This document shows, one piece after another, positions 25,661 to 37,900 of a stretch of DNA of 64,000 nucleotides. The stretch lies in NCBI RefSeq assembly GCF_009914755.1, contig NC_060925.1. The stretch is one strand, 5' to 3'. The translations under genes were made by a program, and so were the position numbers. Each line of letters begins with the position of its first letter. Positions within the stretch are counted from its first letter, which is position 1. Under the pieces are notes generated by a model. It was not told the origin of the DNA. It did no database searches and saw only the letters and a program-made list of their open reading frames with translations. This DNA comes from the human T2T-CHM13v2.0 reference genome, Homo sapiens.

Positions 25661-26074
25661 TGTCAGGCCTCGGAGCCCAAGCTAAGCCATCATATCCCCT
25701 GTGCCCTGCATGTACACATCCAGATGGCCGGTTCCTGCCTTAACTGATGATATTCCACCATAAAAGAAATGAAAATGGCCTGTTCCTGCCTTATCTGATG
25801 ACATTATCTTGTGAAATTCCTTCTCCTGGCTCATCCTGGCTCAAAAGCTCTCCTACTGAGCACTTTGTGACCCCTACTCCTGCCCGCCAGAGAACAACCC
25901 GCCTTGGACTGTAATTTTCCTTTACCTACCCAAATCTTATAAAACGGCCCCACCCCTACCTCCCTTCACTGACTCTCTTTTCGGACTCAGCCCACCTGCA
26001 CCCAGGTGAAATAAACAGCCCTGTTGCTCACACAAAGCCTGTTTGGTGGTCTCTTCACACGGACACGCATGACA
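25661..26074 (+). promoter_or_regulatory. HERV-H 5' LTR (LTR7 family); TATAAAA 25938-25944, AATAAA 26010-26015
   Basis: TGTCAGGCCT...GCATGACA; two GTTCCTGCCTTA(A/T)CTGATGA repeats. Confidence 0.97.
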
Positions 26075-26076
26075 TT

Positions 26077-26094
26077 TGGTGCTGTGCCTCGGAT
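26077..26094 (+). other. Primer binding site, tRNA-His (16/18 match)
   Basis: TGGTGCTGTGCCTCGGAT vs consensus TGGTGCCGTGACTCGGAT. Confidence 0.92.
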
Positions 26095-26627
26095 CGGGGG
26101 ACCTCCCTTGGGAGATCAATCCCCCGTCCTCCTGCTCTTTGCTCTGTGAAAAAGATCCACCTATGACCTCGGGTCCTCAGACCCGCCAGCCCAAGGAACA
26201 TCTCACCAATTTTAAATCGGGTAGGGGGCCTCTTCTTACTCTCTTCTCCAACCTCTCTCACTATCCCTCAATCACTTTCTCCTTTCAATCTTGGCGCCAC
26301 CCTTCAATCTCTCCCTTCTCTTAATTTCAATTCCTTTCATTTTCTGGTAGAGACCAAGGAGACACGTTTTATCCGTGGACCCATAACTCTGGCGCCGGTC
26401 ATGAACTCAGGAAGGCAGCCTTCCCTTGATGTTTAATCATTGCAGGGATGCCTCTCTGATTATCACCCACGTTTCAGAGGTGTCTGACCACGCAGGGACG
26501 CCTGCCTTGGTCCTTCACCCTTAGCGGCAAGTCCCACTTTTCTGGCGGAGGGGCAAGAACCCTGACCCCTTCTCTCTCTGTCTCTACCTACCCCTTCTCT
26601 GCTTTTCTGGGGGGCAAGAAACCCCTG

Positions 26628-26835
26628 ATCCCTTATTTCCACACCCCAACCTCATCTCTGCACCCGGATCCCTTATTTCCATGCCCCGACCTCTTATCTC
26701 TGTGCCCCAATCCCTTATTTCTGTGCCCTGACCTCTTATCTCTGCACCCCGATCCCTTATTTCCATGCCCTGACCTCTTATCTCTGCACCCTGATCCCTT
26801 ATTTCCACACCCCAACCCCTTATTTCCGTGTCCCG
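26628..26835 (+). repeat. HERV-H leader tandem repeat, ten ~21-bp units alternating between two types
   Basis: ATCCCTTATTTCC... and ACCTCTTATCTCTG... alternate. Confidence 0.93.
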
Positions 26836-26927
26836 ACCCCTTTCCCGCTTTTCTGGAGGGTAAGAACCCCCAAACCCTTCCCTCCATGTCTCTACTCTCT
26901 CTTTTCTCTGGGCTTGCCTCCTTCACT

Positions 26928-28143
26928 ATGGGCAAACTTCCACCCTCCATTCCTCCTTCTCCCTTAGCCTGTGTTCTCAAGAACTTAAAACCTCTTCAAT
27001 TCACACCTGACCTAAAACCTAAATGCCTTATTTTCTTCTGCAACACCGCTTGGCCCCAATACAAATTTGACAATGGCTCTAAATGGCCAGAAAATGGCAC
27101 TTTCGATTTCTCCATCCTACAAGACCTAAATAATTTTTGTTGAAAAATGGACAAATGGTCTGAGGTGCCTTACATCCAGGCATTTTTCACACTTCATTCC
27201 CTCCTTAGTCTCTGTTCCCAATGTGATTCCTCCCAAATGCTCCTTCTTTCCCTCCCGCCTGTCTCCTCAGTTCCAACCCCAAGTGTCGCTGAGTCTTTCT
27301 AATATTCCTTTTCTACAGACCCATCTGAACTCTCCCCTCCTCCCCAGGCTGAGCTAGGTCCCAATTCTTCCTCAGCCTCCGCTCCTCCACCCTATAATCC
27401 TTTTGTCACCTCCCCTCCTCACACTCGGTCCGGCTTACAGTTTCGTTCCTCAACTAACCCTCCCCCACCTGCCCAGCAATTTCCTCTTAAAAAGGTGGCT
27501 GGAGCTAAAGACATAGTCAAGGTTAATGCTCCTTTTTCTTTATCTGACCTCTCCCAAATCAGTTAGTGTTTAGGCTCTTTTTCATCAAATATGAAAAACC
27601 CAGCCCAGTTCAGGGCTCCTTTGGCAGCAACCCTGAGATGCTTTATAGCCCTAGATCCTAAAAGGTCAAAAGGCCTTCTTATTCTCAATATACATTTTAT
27701 TACCCAATCTGCTCCTGACTTTAAATAAAGCTCCAAATATTAAATTCCGGCCCTCAAACCCCACAACAGGACTTAATTAACCTCACCTTCAAGGTGTACA
27801 ATAATAGAAAAAAGTTGCAATTCCTTGCCTCCACTGGGAGACAAACCCCAGCCACATCTCCAGCACACAAGAACTTCCAAACACCTGAACTGCAGCAGCC
27901 AGGTGTTCCTCCAGAACCTCCTCCCCCAGGAGCTTGCTACAAGTGCCGGAAATCTGGCCCCCGGGCCAAGGAATGCCTGCAGCCCAGGATTCCTCCTAAG
28001 CCGCGCCCCATCTGTGTGCGACCCCACTGAAAATCGGACTGTCAACTCACCTGGCAGCCACTACCAGAGCCCCTGGAACTCTGGCCCAAGGCTCTCTGAC
28101 TGACTCCTTCCCAGGTCTTCTTGGCTTAGCGGCTGAAGACTGA
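26928..28143 (+). pseudogene. gag: HERV-H gag remnant (stops, deletions, broken zinc knuckle)
   Basis: MGKLPPSIPPSPLACVLKNLKPL..WPQYKFDNGSKWPENGTFDF, premature TGA at 27141; CYKCRKSGPRAKEC (His replaced by Pro); ends LAAED* at 28143. Confidence 0.9.
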
Positions 28144-30920
28144 CACTGCCCAATTGCCTTGGAAGCCCCTAAACCATCATGGACGCTGAGCTTCGGGTAA
28201 CTCTCACAGTGGAAGGTAAGCCCGTCCCCTTCTTAATCAATATGGAAGCTACCCACTCCACATTACCTTCTTTTCAAGGGCCTGTTTCCCTTGCCTCCAT
28301 AACTGTTGTGGGTATTGATGGCCAAGCTTCTAAAGCTCTTAAAACTCCCCAACTCTGGTGCCAACTTACACAATATTCTTTTAAGCTCTCCTTTTTAGTT
28401 ATCCCCACCTGCCCAGTTCCCTTATTAGGCCGAGACACTTTAACTAAATTATCTGCTTCCCTGATTATTCCTGGGCTACAGCCACACCTCATTGCTGCCT
28501 TTTCCCCCAGTTCAAAGCCTCCTTCACATCTTCCACTTGTATCTCCCCACCTTAACCCACAAGTATAAGACACCCCTACTCCCTCCTTAGCGACCAGTCA
28601 TGCACCCCTTACCATCCCATTAAAACCTAATCACCCTTACCTCGCTCATTGCCAATATCCCATCCCACAGCACACTTTAAAAGGATTAAAGTCTGTTATC
28701 AATTGCCTGTTACAGCATGGCCTTTTAAAGCCTATAAACTCTCCTTACAATTCCCCCATTTAACCTGTCCTAAAACCAGACAAGGCTTACAGGTTAGTTC
28801 AGGATCTGCACCTTATCAACCAAATTGTTTTGCCTATCCACCCCGTGGTGCCAAACCCATATACTCTCCTATCCTCAATACCTCCCTCTACAACCCATTA
28901 TTCTATTCTGGATCTCAAACATGCTTTCTTTACTATTCCTTTGCACCCTTCATCCCAGCCTCTCTTCGCTTTCACTTGGACTGACCCTGACACCCATTAG
29001 GCTCAGCATATTACCTGGGCTGTACTGCTGCAAAGCTTCACAGACAGCCCCCATTACTTCAGTCAAGCCCAAATTTCATCCTCATCTGTTACCTATCTCA
29101 GCATAATTCTCATTAAAACACACGTGCTCTCCCTGCTGATCGTGTCCGACTAATCTCCCAAACCTCAATCCCTTACAAAACAACAACTCCTTTCCTTCCT
29201 AGCCATGGTTAGTGTGGTCAGAATTCTTACACAAGAGCTGGGACCACACCTTATAGCCTTTCTGTCCAAACAACTTGACCTTACTGTTTTAGCCCTCATG
29301 TCTGCGTGCAGCGGCTGCCACTGCTTTAATACTTTTAGAGGCCCTAAAAATCACAAACTATGCTCAACTCACTCTCTACATTTCTCATAACTTCCAAAAT
29401 CTATTTTCTTCCTCGTACCTGACACATACTTTCTGCTCCCCCGCTCCTTCAGCTATATTCACTCTTTGTTGAGTCTCCCACAATTACCATTGTTCCTGGC
29501 ACGGACTTCACTCGGGCCTCCCACATTATTCTGGATACCACACCTGACCCTCATGACTATCTCTCTGATCCACCTGACATTCACCCCGTTTCCCCATATT
29601 TCCTTCTTTCCTGTTCCTCACCCTGATCACATTTAGTTTATTGATGGCAGTTCCATCAGGCCTAATTGCCACTCACCAGCAAAGTCAGGCTATGCTATAG
29701 TATCTTCCACATCTATCATTGAGGCTACCGTTCTGCCCGCACTCCACTACCTCTCAGCAAGCCGAACTAGTTGCCTTAATTCAAGCCCTCACTCTTGCAA
29801 AAGGGCTACGCATCAATATTTATAGTGACTCTATGCCTTTCATATTCTGCACCACTATGCTGTTATACAGGCTGAAAGAGGTTTCCTCACTATGCAAGGG
29901 TCCTCCATCATTAATGCCTCTTTAATAAAAACTCTGCTCAAGACCGCTTTACTTCCAAAGGAAGCTGGAGTCATTCACTGCAAAGGCCATCAAAAGACAT
30001 CAGATCCCATTGCTCTAGACAACACTTATGCTGATAAGGTGGCTAGACAAGCAGCCAGCTTTCCAACTTCTGTCCCTGCCAGTTTTTCTCCTTCACATCA
30101 GTCACTCCCACCTACTTCCCCACTGAAACTTCCACCTATCAATCTCTTGCCACACAAGGCAAATGGTTCTTAGACCAAGGAAAATATCTCCTTCCAGCCT
30201 CATAGGCCCATTCTATTCTGTCATCATTTCATAACCTCTTCCATGTAGGTTATGAGCCGCTAGCCTGTCTCTTAGAACCTCTCATTTCCTTTCCATCCTG
30301 GAAATCTATCCTCAAGGAAATCACTTCTCAGTGTTCCATCTGCTATTTTACTACTCCTCAGGGATTGTTCAGGCCTCCTCCCTTTCCTACACATCAAGCT
30401 CAGGGATTTGTCCCTGCCCAGGACTGGCAAATTGACTTTACTCACATGCCCTGAGTCATAAAACTAAAATACCTCTTAGTCTAGGTAGACGCTTTCACTG
30501 GATGGGTAGAGGCCTTTCCTACAGGGTCTAAGAAGGCCACCGCAGTCATTTTTTCCCTTCTGTCAGAAATAATTCCTCAGTTTGGCCTTCCCACCTCTAT
30601 ACAATCCGATAGCAGACCGGCCTTTATTAGCCAAATCAGCCAAGCATTTTTTCAAGGTTTTGGAAATTCAGTGAAACCTTTATATCCCTTACGGTCCTTA
30701 GTCTTCAGGAAAGGTAGAACGGACTAATGGTCTTTTAAAAACACACCTCACCAAGCTCAGCCACCAACTTAAAAAGGACTGGACAATACTTTTACCACTT
30801 TCCCTTCTCAGAATTCAGGCCTGTCCTCGGAATGCTACAGGGTACAGCCCATTTGAGCTCCTGTATGGACGCTCCTTTTTACTAAGCCCCAGTCTCATTC
30901 CAGACACCAGAACAACTTGG
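28144..30920 (+). pseudogene. pol: HERV-H pro-pol remnant (protease, partial RT, RNase H, integrase)
   Basis: FLINMEATHSTL (dead DTG site); [24 protein letters not shown] joined to QISSSS (YxDD segment absent); FIDGSS, SQQAELVAL; WQIDFTHMP, SSGKVERTNG; several stops and frameshifts. Confidence 0.92.
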
Positions 30921-30924
30921 ACTG

Positions 30925-31508
30925 TGCCCCAAAAAACTTGTCATCCCTACTATCTTCTGTCTAGTCATACTCCTATTCATCATTCCCAACTACTCATACA
31001 TGCCCTGCGCTTGTTTACACTGCCGGTTTACACTGTTTCTCCAAGCCATCACAGCTGGTATCTCCTGGTGCTATCCCCAAACTGCCACTCTTAACTCTTG
31101 AAGTAAATAAATAATCTTTGCTGGCAGGACTACGCTGAATCTCCTTAGGCACTCTCTAATTAGATGTCCTGGGTCCTCCCAATTCTTAGACCTTTAATAT
31201 CTGTTTTTCTCCTTCTCTTATTCCGTTTAGTTTTTCAGTTCATATAAAACCATATCCAGGCCATCACCAAATAATTCTAAATGACAAATGTTTCTTCTAA
31301 CAGTCCCACAGTATCACCCCTTACCACAAAATCTTCCTTCAGCTTAATCTCTCCCACTCTAGGTTCCCACGCCACCCCTAATCCAGCTCGAAGCAGCCCT
31401 GAGAAACATTGCCCATTATCTCTCCATACCATCCCCCGAAATTTTCACCATCCCACCACTTTACCACTACTTCATTTTATTTTTCATATTAATATAAGAA
31501 GACAGGAA
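30925..31508 (+). pseudogene. Residual env/3' region of HERV-H (env mostly deleted) ending in PPT AAGAAGACAGGAA
   Basis: Only ~0.6 kb between integrase and the 3' LTR; purine tract 31496-31508. Confidence 0.75.
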
Positions 31509-31920
31509 TGTCAGGCCTCTGAGCCCAAGCTAAGCCATCATATCCCTTGTGACCTGCACGTACACATCCAGATGGCTGGTTCCTGCCTTAACTGATGACA
31601 TTCCACCACATACGAAATGAAAATGGCCTGTTCCTGCCTTAACTGATGACATTATCTTGTGAAGTTCCTTCTCCTGGCTCATCCTGGCTCAAAAGCTCCC
31701 CTACTGAGCACCTTGTGACCCCCCACTCCTGCCCGCTAGAGAACAACCCGCCTTGGACTGTGATTTTCCTTTACCTACCCAAATCTGATAAAACGGCCCC
31801 ACCCCATCTCCCTTAGCTGACTCTTTTGGGACTCAGCCCACCTGCACCCAGGTGAAATAAACAGCGCTGTTGCTCACACAAAGCCTGTTTGGTGGTCTCT
31901 TCACATAGACGCACATGAGA
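31509..31920 (+). mobile_element. HERV-H 3' LTR (LTR7); AATAAA 31856-31861; TATA mutated to GATAAAA
   Basis: ~93% identical to the 5' LTR. Confidence 0.97.
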
Positions 31921-33230
31921 GAATATATATGGAAAGAGAGTATTCCAAGCAAAAAAACATAATGAGAGCACATCTTTTGAGGTGATAGTCTGGTCATCAA
32001 ATTTAAGGAAAAGTAAGGAGAGCTTATAGCTGTAGTAGAAAGTAAGCAAGGAGACCATATTACTAGCTGAGGGCAGGAGGTAACTGGATTCAGGTACAGG
32101 GGAAGGGGCAATTTAATACTTTTAAAGAAATTTGATTTTTAGTCTGGAGGAAAATGAAAATGGAAGCCATTGTGATGGTTTTGAGCAGAGAAATGATATG
32201 ATCCATCTTAAACGCTAAAAGCAGCACTCTGTCTACTGTATTGAGAATAGAATGTCAGAAGAAAAGGGTGAATCCAATTAGAAGGATATGCTGGATGTAT
32301 GCAAATTATGAGAGAAAAGTAAGAGTCAAGGGTTAGTAATAATCATGATAATAATTGGATATAATAGTACAATAATAATAATTTTTTATGCTTAGCAATT
32401 GGATGGAGTTTTCATCAATTGAGATGCGGAAGGTTGCAGGTGAAACCACCTGGTGCTTAGTTTGGGGCATACTGATTTTGAGATGTCCATTAGACATTCA
32501 AGTAGGTAGTTAACTAGAGAGGGGTACAAATATGGTATTTAGGATAAAAGCTAGGGCTGGAGATATAAATTTGTGAGTTGTTGCCATATGGGTTATATTT
32601 AAATTCATGTGATTGGACAAGATCACCAAAAGCATGAATAGAGAGAGTGAAGAGACCAAAAACAATGTGGGAGTCTTCCCAACTTTAAGAGACTGGGGAG
32701 AAGAATAGAATGCTTAAGCAAGATTGAGAAAGAGAAACCAGTGAGAAAGAATGAACATCAAGGCATTGGGTGGTATTAAATGAAAATGAGAAAAGATCTA
32801 TCAAGGAGGTAGGATTGCTGCTGAGAGTGGCTGTTGATTGGTGGTAAACATGAAGAGAGTAGTGTTGATGGCGTGAGGGAGGCAAAGGCTTGACTTGAGT
32901 GGATTTAAAAGACAATGGGAAGAGAGAATTAGAAACTACAAGAATAGGTCATTCCCTCAGAGTTTTTCAACAAATACAACTAAGTAATAAATGGATAAGA
33001 GACAGGGAAAGTGGAGCAAGTAAACTTAAGAACTTAGACATATCTATATATTTATGTACATCTATTTCAACGAAAAGGAGAAAGAGAGAAAAATATTAAC
33101 ATAAGAAGAAGAGGGAAGTATTACTGGAGTGATATTCAAAGAATTCAAGGAGTTCCTGGAATGACATCCTTAAACAAGCAAGAGGAAATGGTATCTTTGT
33201 AAAAGTGGAGGGATTGGCTTTAGATAGATG
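31921..33230 (-). mobile_element. L2, right part
   Basis: Purine-rich L2 motifs (GGAAGCCATTG..GGTTTTGAGCAGAG, TTTGAGATGTCCATTAGACATTCAAG, GGGCTGGAGATATAAATTTG). Confidence 0.8.
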
Positions 33231-34084
33231 GAGATAAGATTAAAGCCCATTGTTTACTGCCCTATACAGTTCCTATTTTATAACATACCCATGAATATCA
33301 TTGGGTGATTAAACACTTACCGAGGAAACAGAATGTGTTTGTCTATATTATGGATATGGTTTTTATTATGATTGTAAGGATGGAATTGAGAACATTTTGG
33401 AAAGTCAGAAAGGAGTAACCTGTTGCCAGCAATGGCAAAGTGGGCATTAAAACTGATTCTATACCCTTTGAATTGTTTATATCTTCATATTAATTTCTTA
33501 TTCACATGACCACTAAATGCAAAAGGGTCTTGAAGCTAATTTAACATTGCCTTAATCCATGGATTATATTCCATTCTCAAGTCACCACTAATTGAGGTTG
33601 GACTGTCAAAAGAGCATTGAATTAAGCTCCAAACATCTAGAATTAGCAACTTTTTAAGAATGAGAATATGTTATTGAATATAGGCCTCAGAATGGTTTCA
33701 TTGAATGAGGCTGTTCAATTAGCTATCATGTGGTGGAGACATTCCCTTGGCATTTAATCGTTTTTCTTTCTTCCAATTTTTTTTCATTCTAGTATTCTGT
33801 CCCTCTACTCTCCTACTATAAGCCATTCATGAAAACATGGTCAATTTAATTTTCCTAAATTAGCAGAAGCTCTTTCATGTCACTATTTGTTTGTTTAAGG
33901 CATTTAAAAGTTCACCATTTCTTAGAGAATTAAATTCCAATTGCCTTGATTTGGTAGCCTTTGTCATCTTCACTATCACTTAATCCAAGCTGCCAGTTTA
34001 TCTTGTTGTGATAGCCTGAAAATTATTCCATCTTGTGCACATCATATACCACTGTACAATCCATTTTTACATTTACCACTGTCT

Positions 34085-34595
34085 CCATTATCTATATTAT
34101 ATTTATGCTGCCTAACATAACCACAAATCCTAGTGGCTTAAAATATTAAATATTTATTTAGTTCACAAATCTGTGGATTAATTGGGCAGCCTTCTGGGAC
34201 TCACCTGAGGAATTCTGCTGATGTGAAGAGAGGGCTTAGCAGGATTTACTTACCATTTATAAATGAGCTAGACTGCTTGGCTGATCTTGGCTGGGCTCTC
34301 CCAGGTGTCTGGCTAGTGGCTGGGTAAACTGGAAGGGGCTGAGTTGATAAAAATGCTCTGCTCCACATTTTCTCATTCAGCAGGGTAGCCCCATGCAGAT
34401 TCTTCTGGTGGAGGAAAAGAAAGTAGCAGCCTGGATGTGCTTTTCTGAGTCTCTGCCTGGGTCTGGTTTGTTACTGCTCTACTGGCCAAAGAAAGTCACA
34501 TGGCAAGTGGAGTCATTATGGTAAAGCACTAGAAAAAGGGCATGGATTTATAAAGGTGTGATAAATTGGGGTCATTAATGCAATGAAACTACTAA
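34085..34595 (-). mobile_element. MaLR solo LTR (MLT1H/I/J-like) within an L2 relic (~33870-35305)
   Basis: TAGTGGCTTAAAA..ATTTATTTAGTTCACAAATCTGTGG, CTTGGCTGGGCTC, GGCCAAAGAAAGTCACATGGC. Confidence 0.7.
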
Positions 34596-34604
34596 AAACA
34601 CCTA

Positions 34605-34910
34605 TTTTTTTTTTTTTTTTTTTTTGAGATAAGGCCTCACTCTTGTCACCCAGGCTGGAGTGCAGTGGTGCAGTCATGGCTCACTGCACTCTTGACCTCT
34701 CCTGGGGCTTAGTCTATCCTTCAGCCTCAGCCTCTGAGTAGCTGGGACCACAGGCCAGCACCACCATACCTGACTGATTTTTGTATTTTTTGTAGAGATG
34801 GGCTTTCTCCATGTTGCCTAGGCAGGTCTTAAACTCCTGGGCTTTAGCCATCCACTCACCTTGGCCTCCCAAAGTGTTGGGACTACAGGTGTGAGCCATT
34901 GTACCTGGCC
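34605..34910 (-). mobile_element. Alu (AluJ-type)
   Basis: Poly-T then reverse Alu; AACTCCTGGGCT J-type diagnostic. Confidence 0.93.
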
Positions 34911-37900
34911 CTAACTTCTTAATATGTGCTAATATAGTCTCTGGTTCAAAGCCCCATCTCACACAGTTTTTCCCCCTAGCTGTTGAGACATCATTTTCTT
35001 TGGCCCATTTATTTAGCCTGATTCCTATTTGTCCTTTATTTCAGCTCAAATATCAGTTTGTGTAGGAAACTCTGATTTACCAGGCTAGTTCAGAAGCTTT
35101 TCTCATAACCCTTCATAGAATCATGTTCTTGTCACAGAGCACTTGACTTGGGTTTAATTATAGTGTAATTATTTGATTAATTTCTGTGTTCCCACTCCAC
35201 TAATACCTCTCTAAGAACAAGAACTTTGACATCTCTTTGTAGCACCTAGTATCCAGTATTATGCGTGGCCCATAAGAAATGTTTAATAAATGTTTATTGA
35301 ATGATATTACTTTGAATTTTCCTGGTTATTCTTTCTCTTTTCATTTTCCTTTTCTTGAGAAATCTTATCTATTCTGTAAAATTTATTAACAAATTTTTAA
35401 TGGGAAACTGTCATCTATCTTTCCATGTACCTAATACGTTCACTATTTTCCTTTCTTGTTTGCCTTTTCTCTTAGACCCTCAGTTAGACATTTTTCCTAA
35501 GTTCCTGGTCTCTCAGCAGTTGTTTCCTTTGTTAAATAGCAAAATTGAAATAGGAAATTATTAATAGTTGTCATTTCTCTGGCCACACCCTCCTCATTCT
35601 ATTTTGGTCTTTGAAAAGGGAGCAATAACATACAAATTAATCCTGTGAATTAGAGATATGCTACCATGTCTTCCCTAGAGAGATGTCTACTCTAGTAATG
35701 GAACATTAGACTTAGAATCTGGAGATGTGGTGTAAATGACCTGTTGGTCCCTGCCTGGGTCATTTTTACCTCTTTAGGTTCAGTCCTATTATAACATTTA
35801 GAGAAGACATAATGTCAGATGAAGTCTAATACTCTCACTAACTTTAAGAAAAATTTTCAAGCAGTGTTTTGGTGATCTCGTATCACATTTCCTCTGTGTT
35901 CTTCCTTAAATGGCTGCATATTTCTCTGATTAAACTTACTCTGCTATGTTGCATAAAATGCCTGGCTTCCAGATTCAATCATGATTTCTTTTTATCATTA
36001 AGAACCCTGTCTTCTTCCTGGTGCTTGGCACAATTAATTGCTGAAAATTTTTAAGCTCAGTGAAGACTTCCATCCAATTCTCATTTATGCTTGTACACTT
36101 CAGGGCACATATTTTCAGAGAACTCCCTTGTGCAGAGGCTATTGCCTTAGGTATAAGTTAGACACATTGGAGACTGCAACTGGGAGCTGTTAACTCTCAT
36201 TCATTAGTCCTTCCTTGAACGTGATAAAGTTATATTGAATAGGTGTCTTGACATGCTACTTTGAGAAAGGAATGCAAATGTAAAATGCAAAAATATAAAG
36301 AGCATTTTGAATTTATAAATTTGTCTTTTGGAATCACATACCTTGGAAAGAATGCTCTGAAAATCAAATTTCCTAATATTTAGCATATACTAAAGTGATG
36401 GGGAGAATGTTAATATCAGATTGTGAGAGTTCCAATTATTGAAGCCATCCACCAATAACTCTACTGAAGTAATGTCAAGGAATCCCAAGGGTGTGCCAGT
36501 GAAAAAAGAGTTTATTATGGAAAAACTAATGGGCCGTTTTCTGTAGCTGCTCCTGCTGGTGCTACTATGATGGGTAACATACACCAAGTAAAATATCCTT
36601 CTCATATGTTTAACCACACATTTTCACCCCAGGGAAATAGAATGGGCTTCATCTCTGTTAAATGTGTTTGGTTGCTTTGGGATATTCTCTCTCCTTGTGT
36701 TTTTTTCTATCGCTGTTTTATTTTTAATAAAAATATTTTATAGCATTCATGCAAAAAACAATTCAATAGTATCTTTTTTTTTCATAAATAACTTATGTTA
36801 GGAATAGAGTTAAATGGCTCTCCTGTGACCTCCATCTTGTTATGATCCATAGGTCCTTACAATTTTGCCTTCAGGGTGTTATGTTAGGATAATGAATCCA
36901 ATGCTTACCGTGGTTAGATGGCCAGTTCTGGTGGTGCAAGCTGAGTGTGCACTGTCTTTTAACTTGTTCCCAAAAAAAGGTGTTTGATGATAGCCAGTCT
37001 TTGCTGCATGCATGGGAAGTTATGCTGGTTTGGAAAAGCTTAAACTTTTGCATGTGTTCTCCGTTAGCCATACTTCTATGTTAAGAAAATAATTTCTTCA
37101 GGAGTCCATCTTAGCCTTGATTTTTCAAGGATAATAAAGAGTTAAGAAATCTGAATCTCTTAGACCCTGAAAATGAATATTATTTTCCTAAACATATTGC
37201 ACAGATTTTTGCAGATATGTGTGGTGAGGGGAATGTATCACAATAGAAAGCACGGGCATTTGTAATTCTGCAGAGAATGAATTAGAACATCAAATCTCTA
37301 CTGAAGCTATTTCTATTCCATTCTGTGCCTGTTTCACAGACTGTCCCAATTCTCTAAAGAACAATCAATGAGTCTACTTTAACATATAAAATTATGGAAC
37401 CTGGGTCCCATTTTGTAAAAGAAAAAAATAACTTTATAAAGATCCGTGTTTTCTTTGGAGAAAAAGGACAAATGCATCATTTCCACTTCCAAGTTACTTC
37501 ATCTTGACAAATGTAATTCCAGTCCTTGCCCCTGCAGGGTTAGCAGCTGACTAGACTAATATAACACATAAAACCCATAAAATTTATTGCAGATAAATTT
37601 TAAACCAACTTTCCAGTAGAGAACTTTGACAATTGTCCCAAATGCATTAGAACTCAGATGTTCTAGAATATCATTTGAAATCAAGATTGATAGGTATGTT
37701 ATTTATAACTCATTCTCCTTAAGAATTTTAATTTGTGTAAAGTATTTCACTCTCAAGTTCAGCCAATACAGAATTCAGGAGTCATTTGGCTTTGCAGTGT
37801 TGATTCCATTTTTTTTTTCCTACAGTTCTTTCATGGTTGCTTCCATGTTCAATTCCATAAAGTTTTTACTTATGGTATATTTCCCTGGCTTAATTCTCCT

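Larger units (their letters stand above)
25661..31920 (+). mobile_element. HERV-H provirus (common deleted RTVL-H2 type), two LTR7, 6260 bp
   Basis: Paired LTRs, exact 5-bp TSD GAATA (25656-25660 / 31921-31925), His PBS, PPT, gag/pro/pol remnants. Confidence 0.98.

Noticed and set aside
26628-26835. CRISPR-like repeat array
   Set aside because: No unique spacers or cas genes; it is the HERV-H leader tandem repeat in primate DNA.
26584-26980. Minus-strand repetitive ORFs (MEIRDQG.., GNKGSG..)
   Set aside because: Frames stay open only because the repeat unit is 21 bp; no evidence of translation.
28179-28568. Apparently intact 129-aa protease ORF
   Set aside because: Catalytic DTG reads NME and it is part of a decayed pro-pol, so it is treated as pseudogene.
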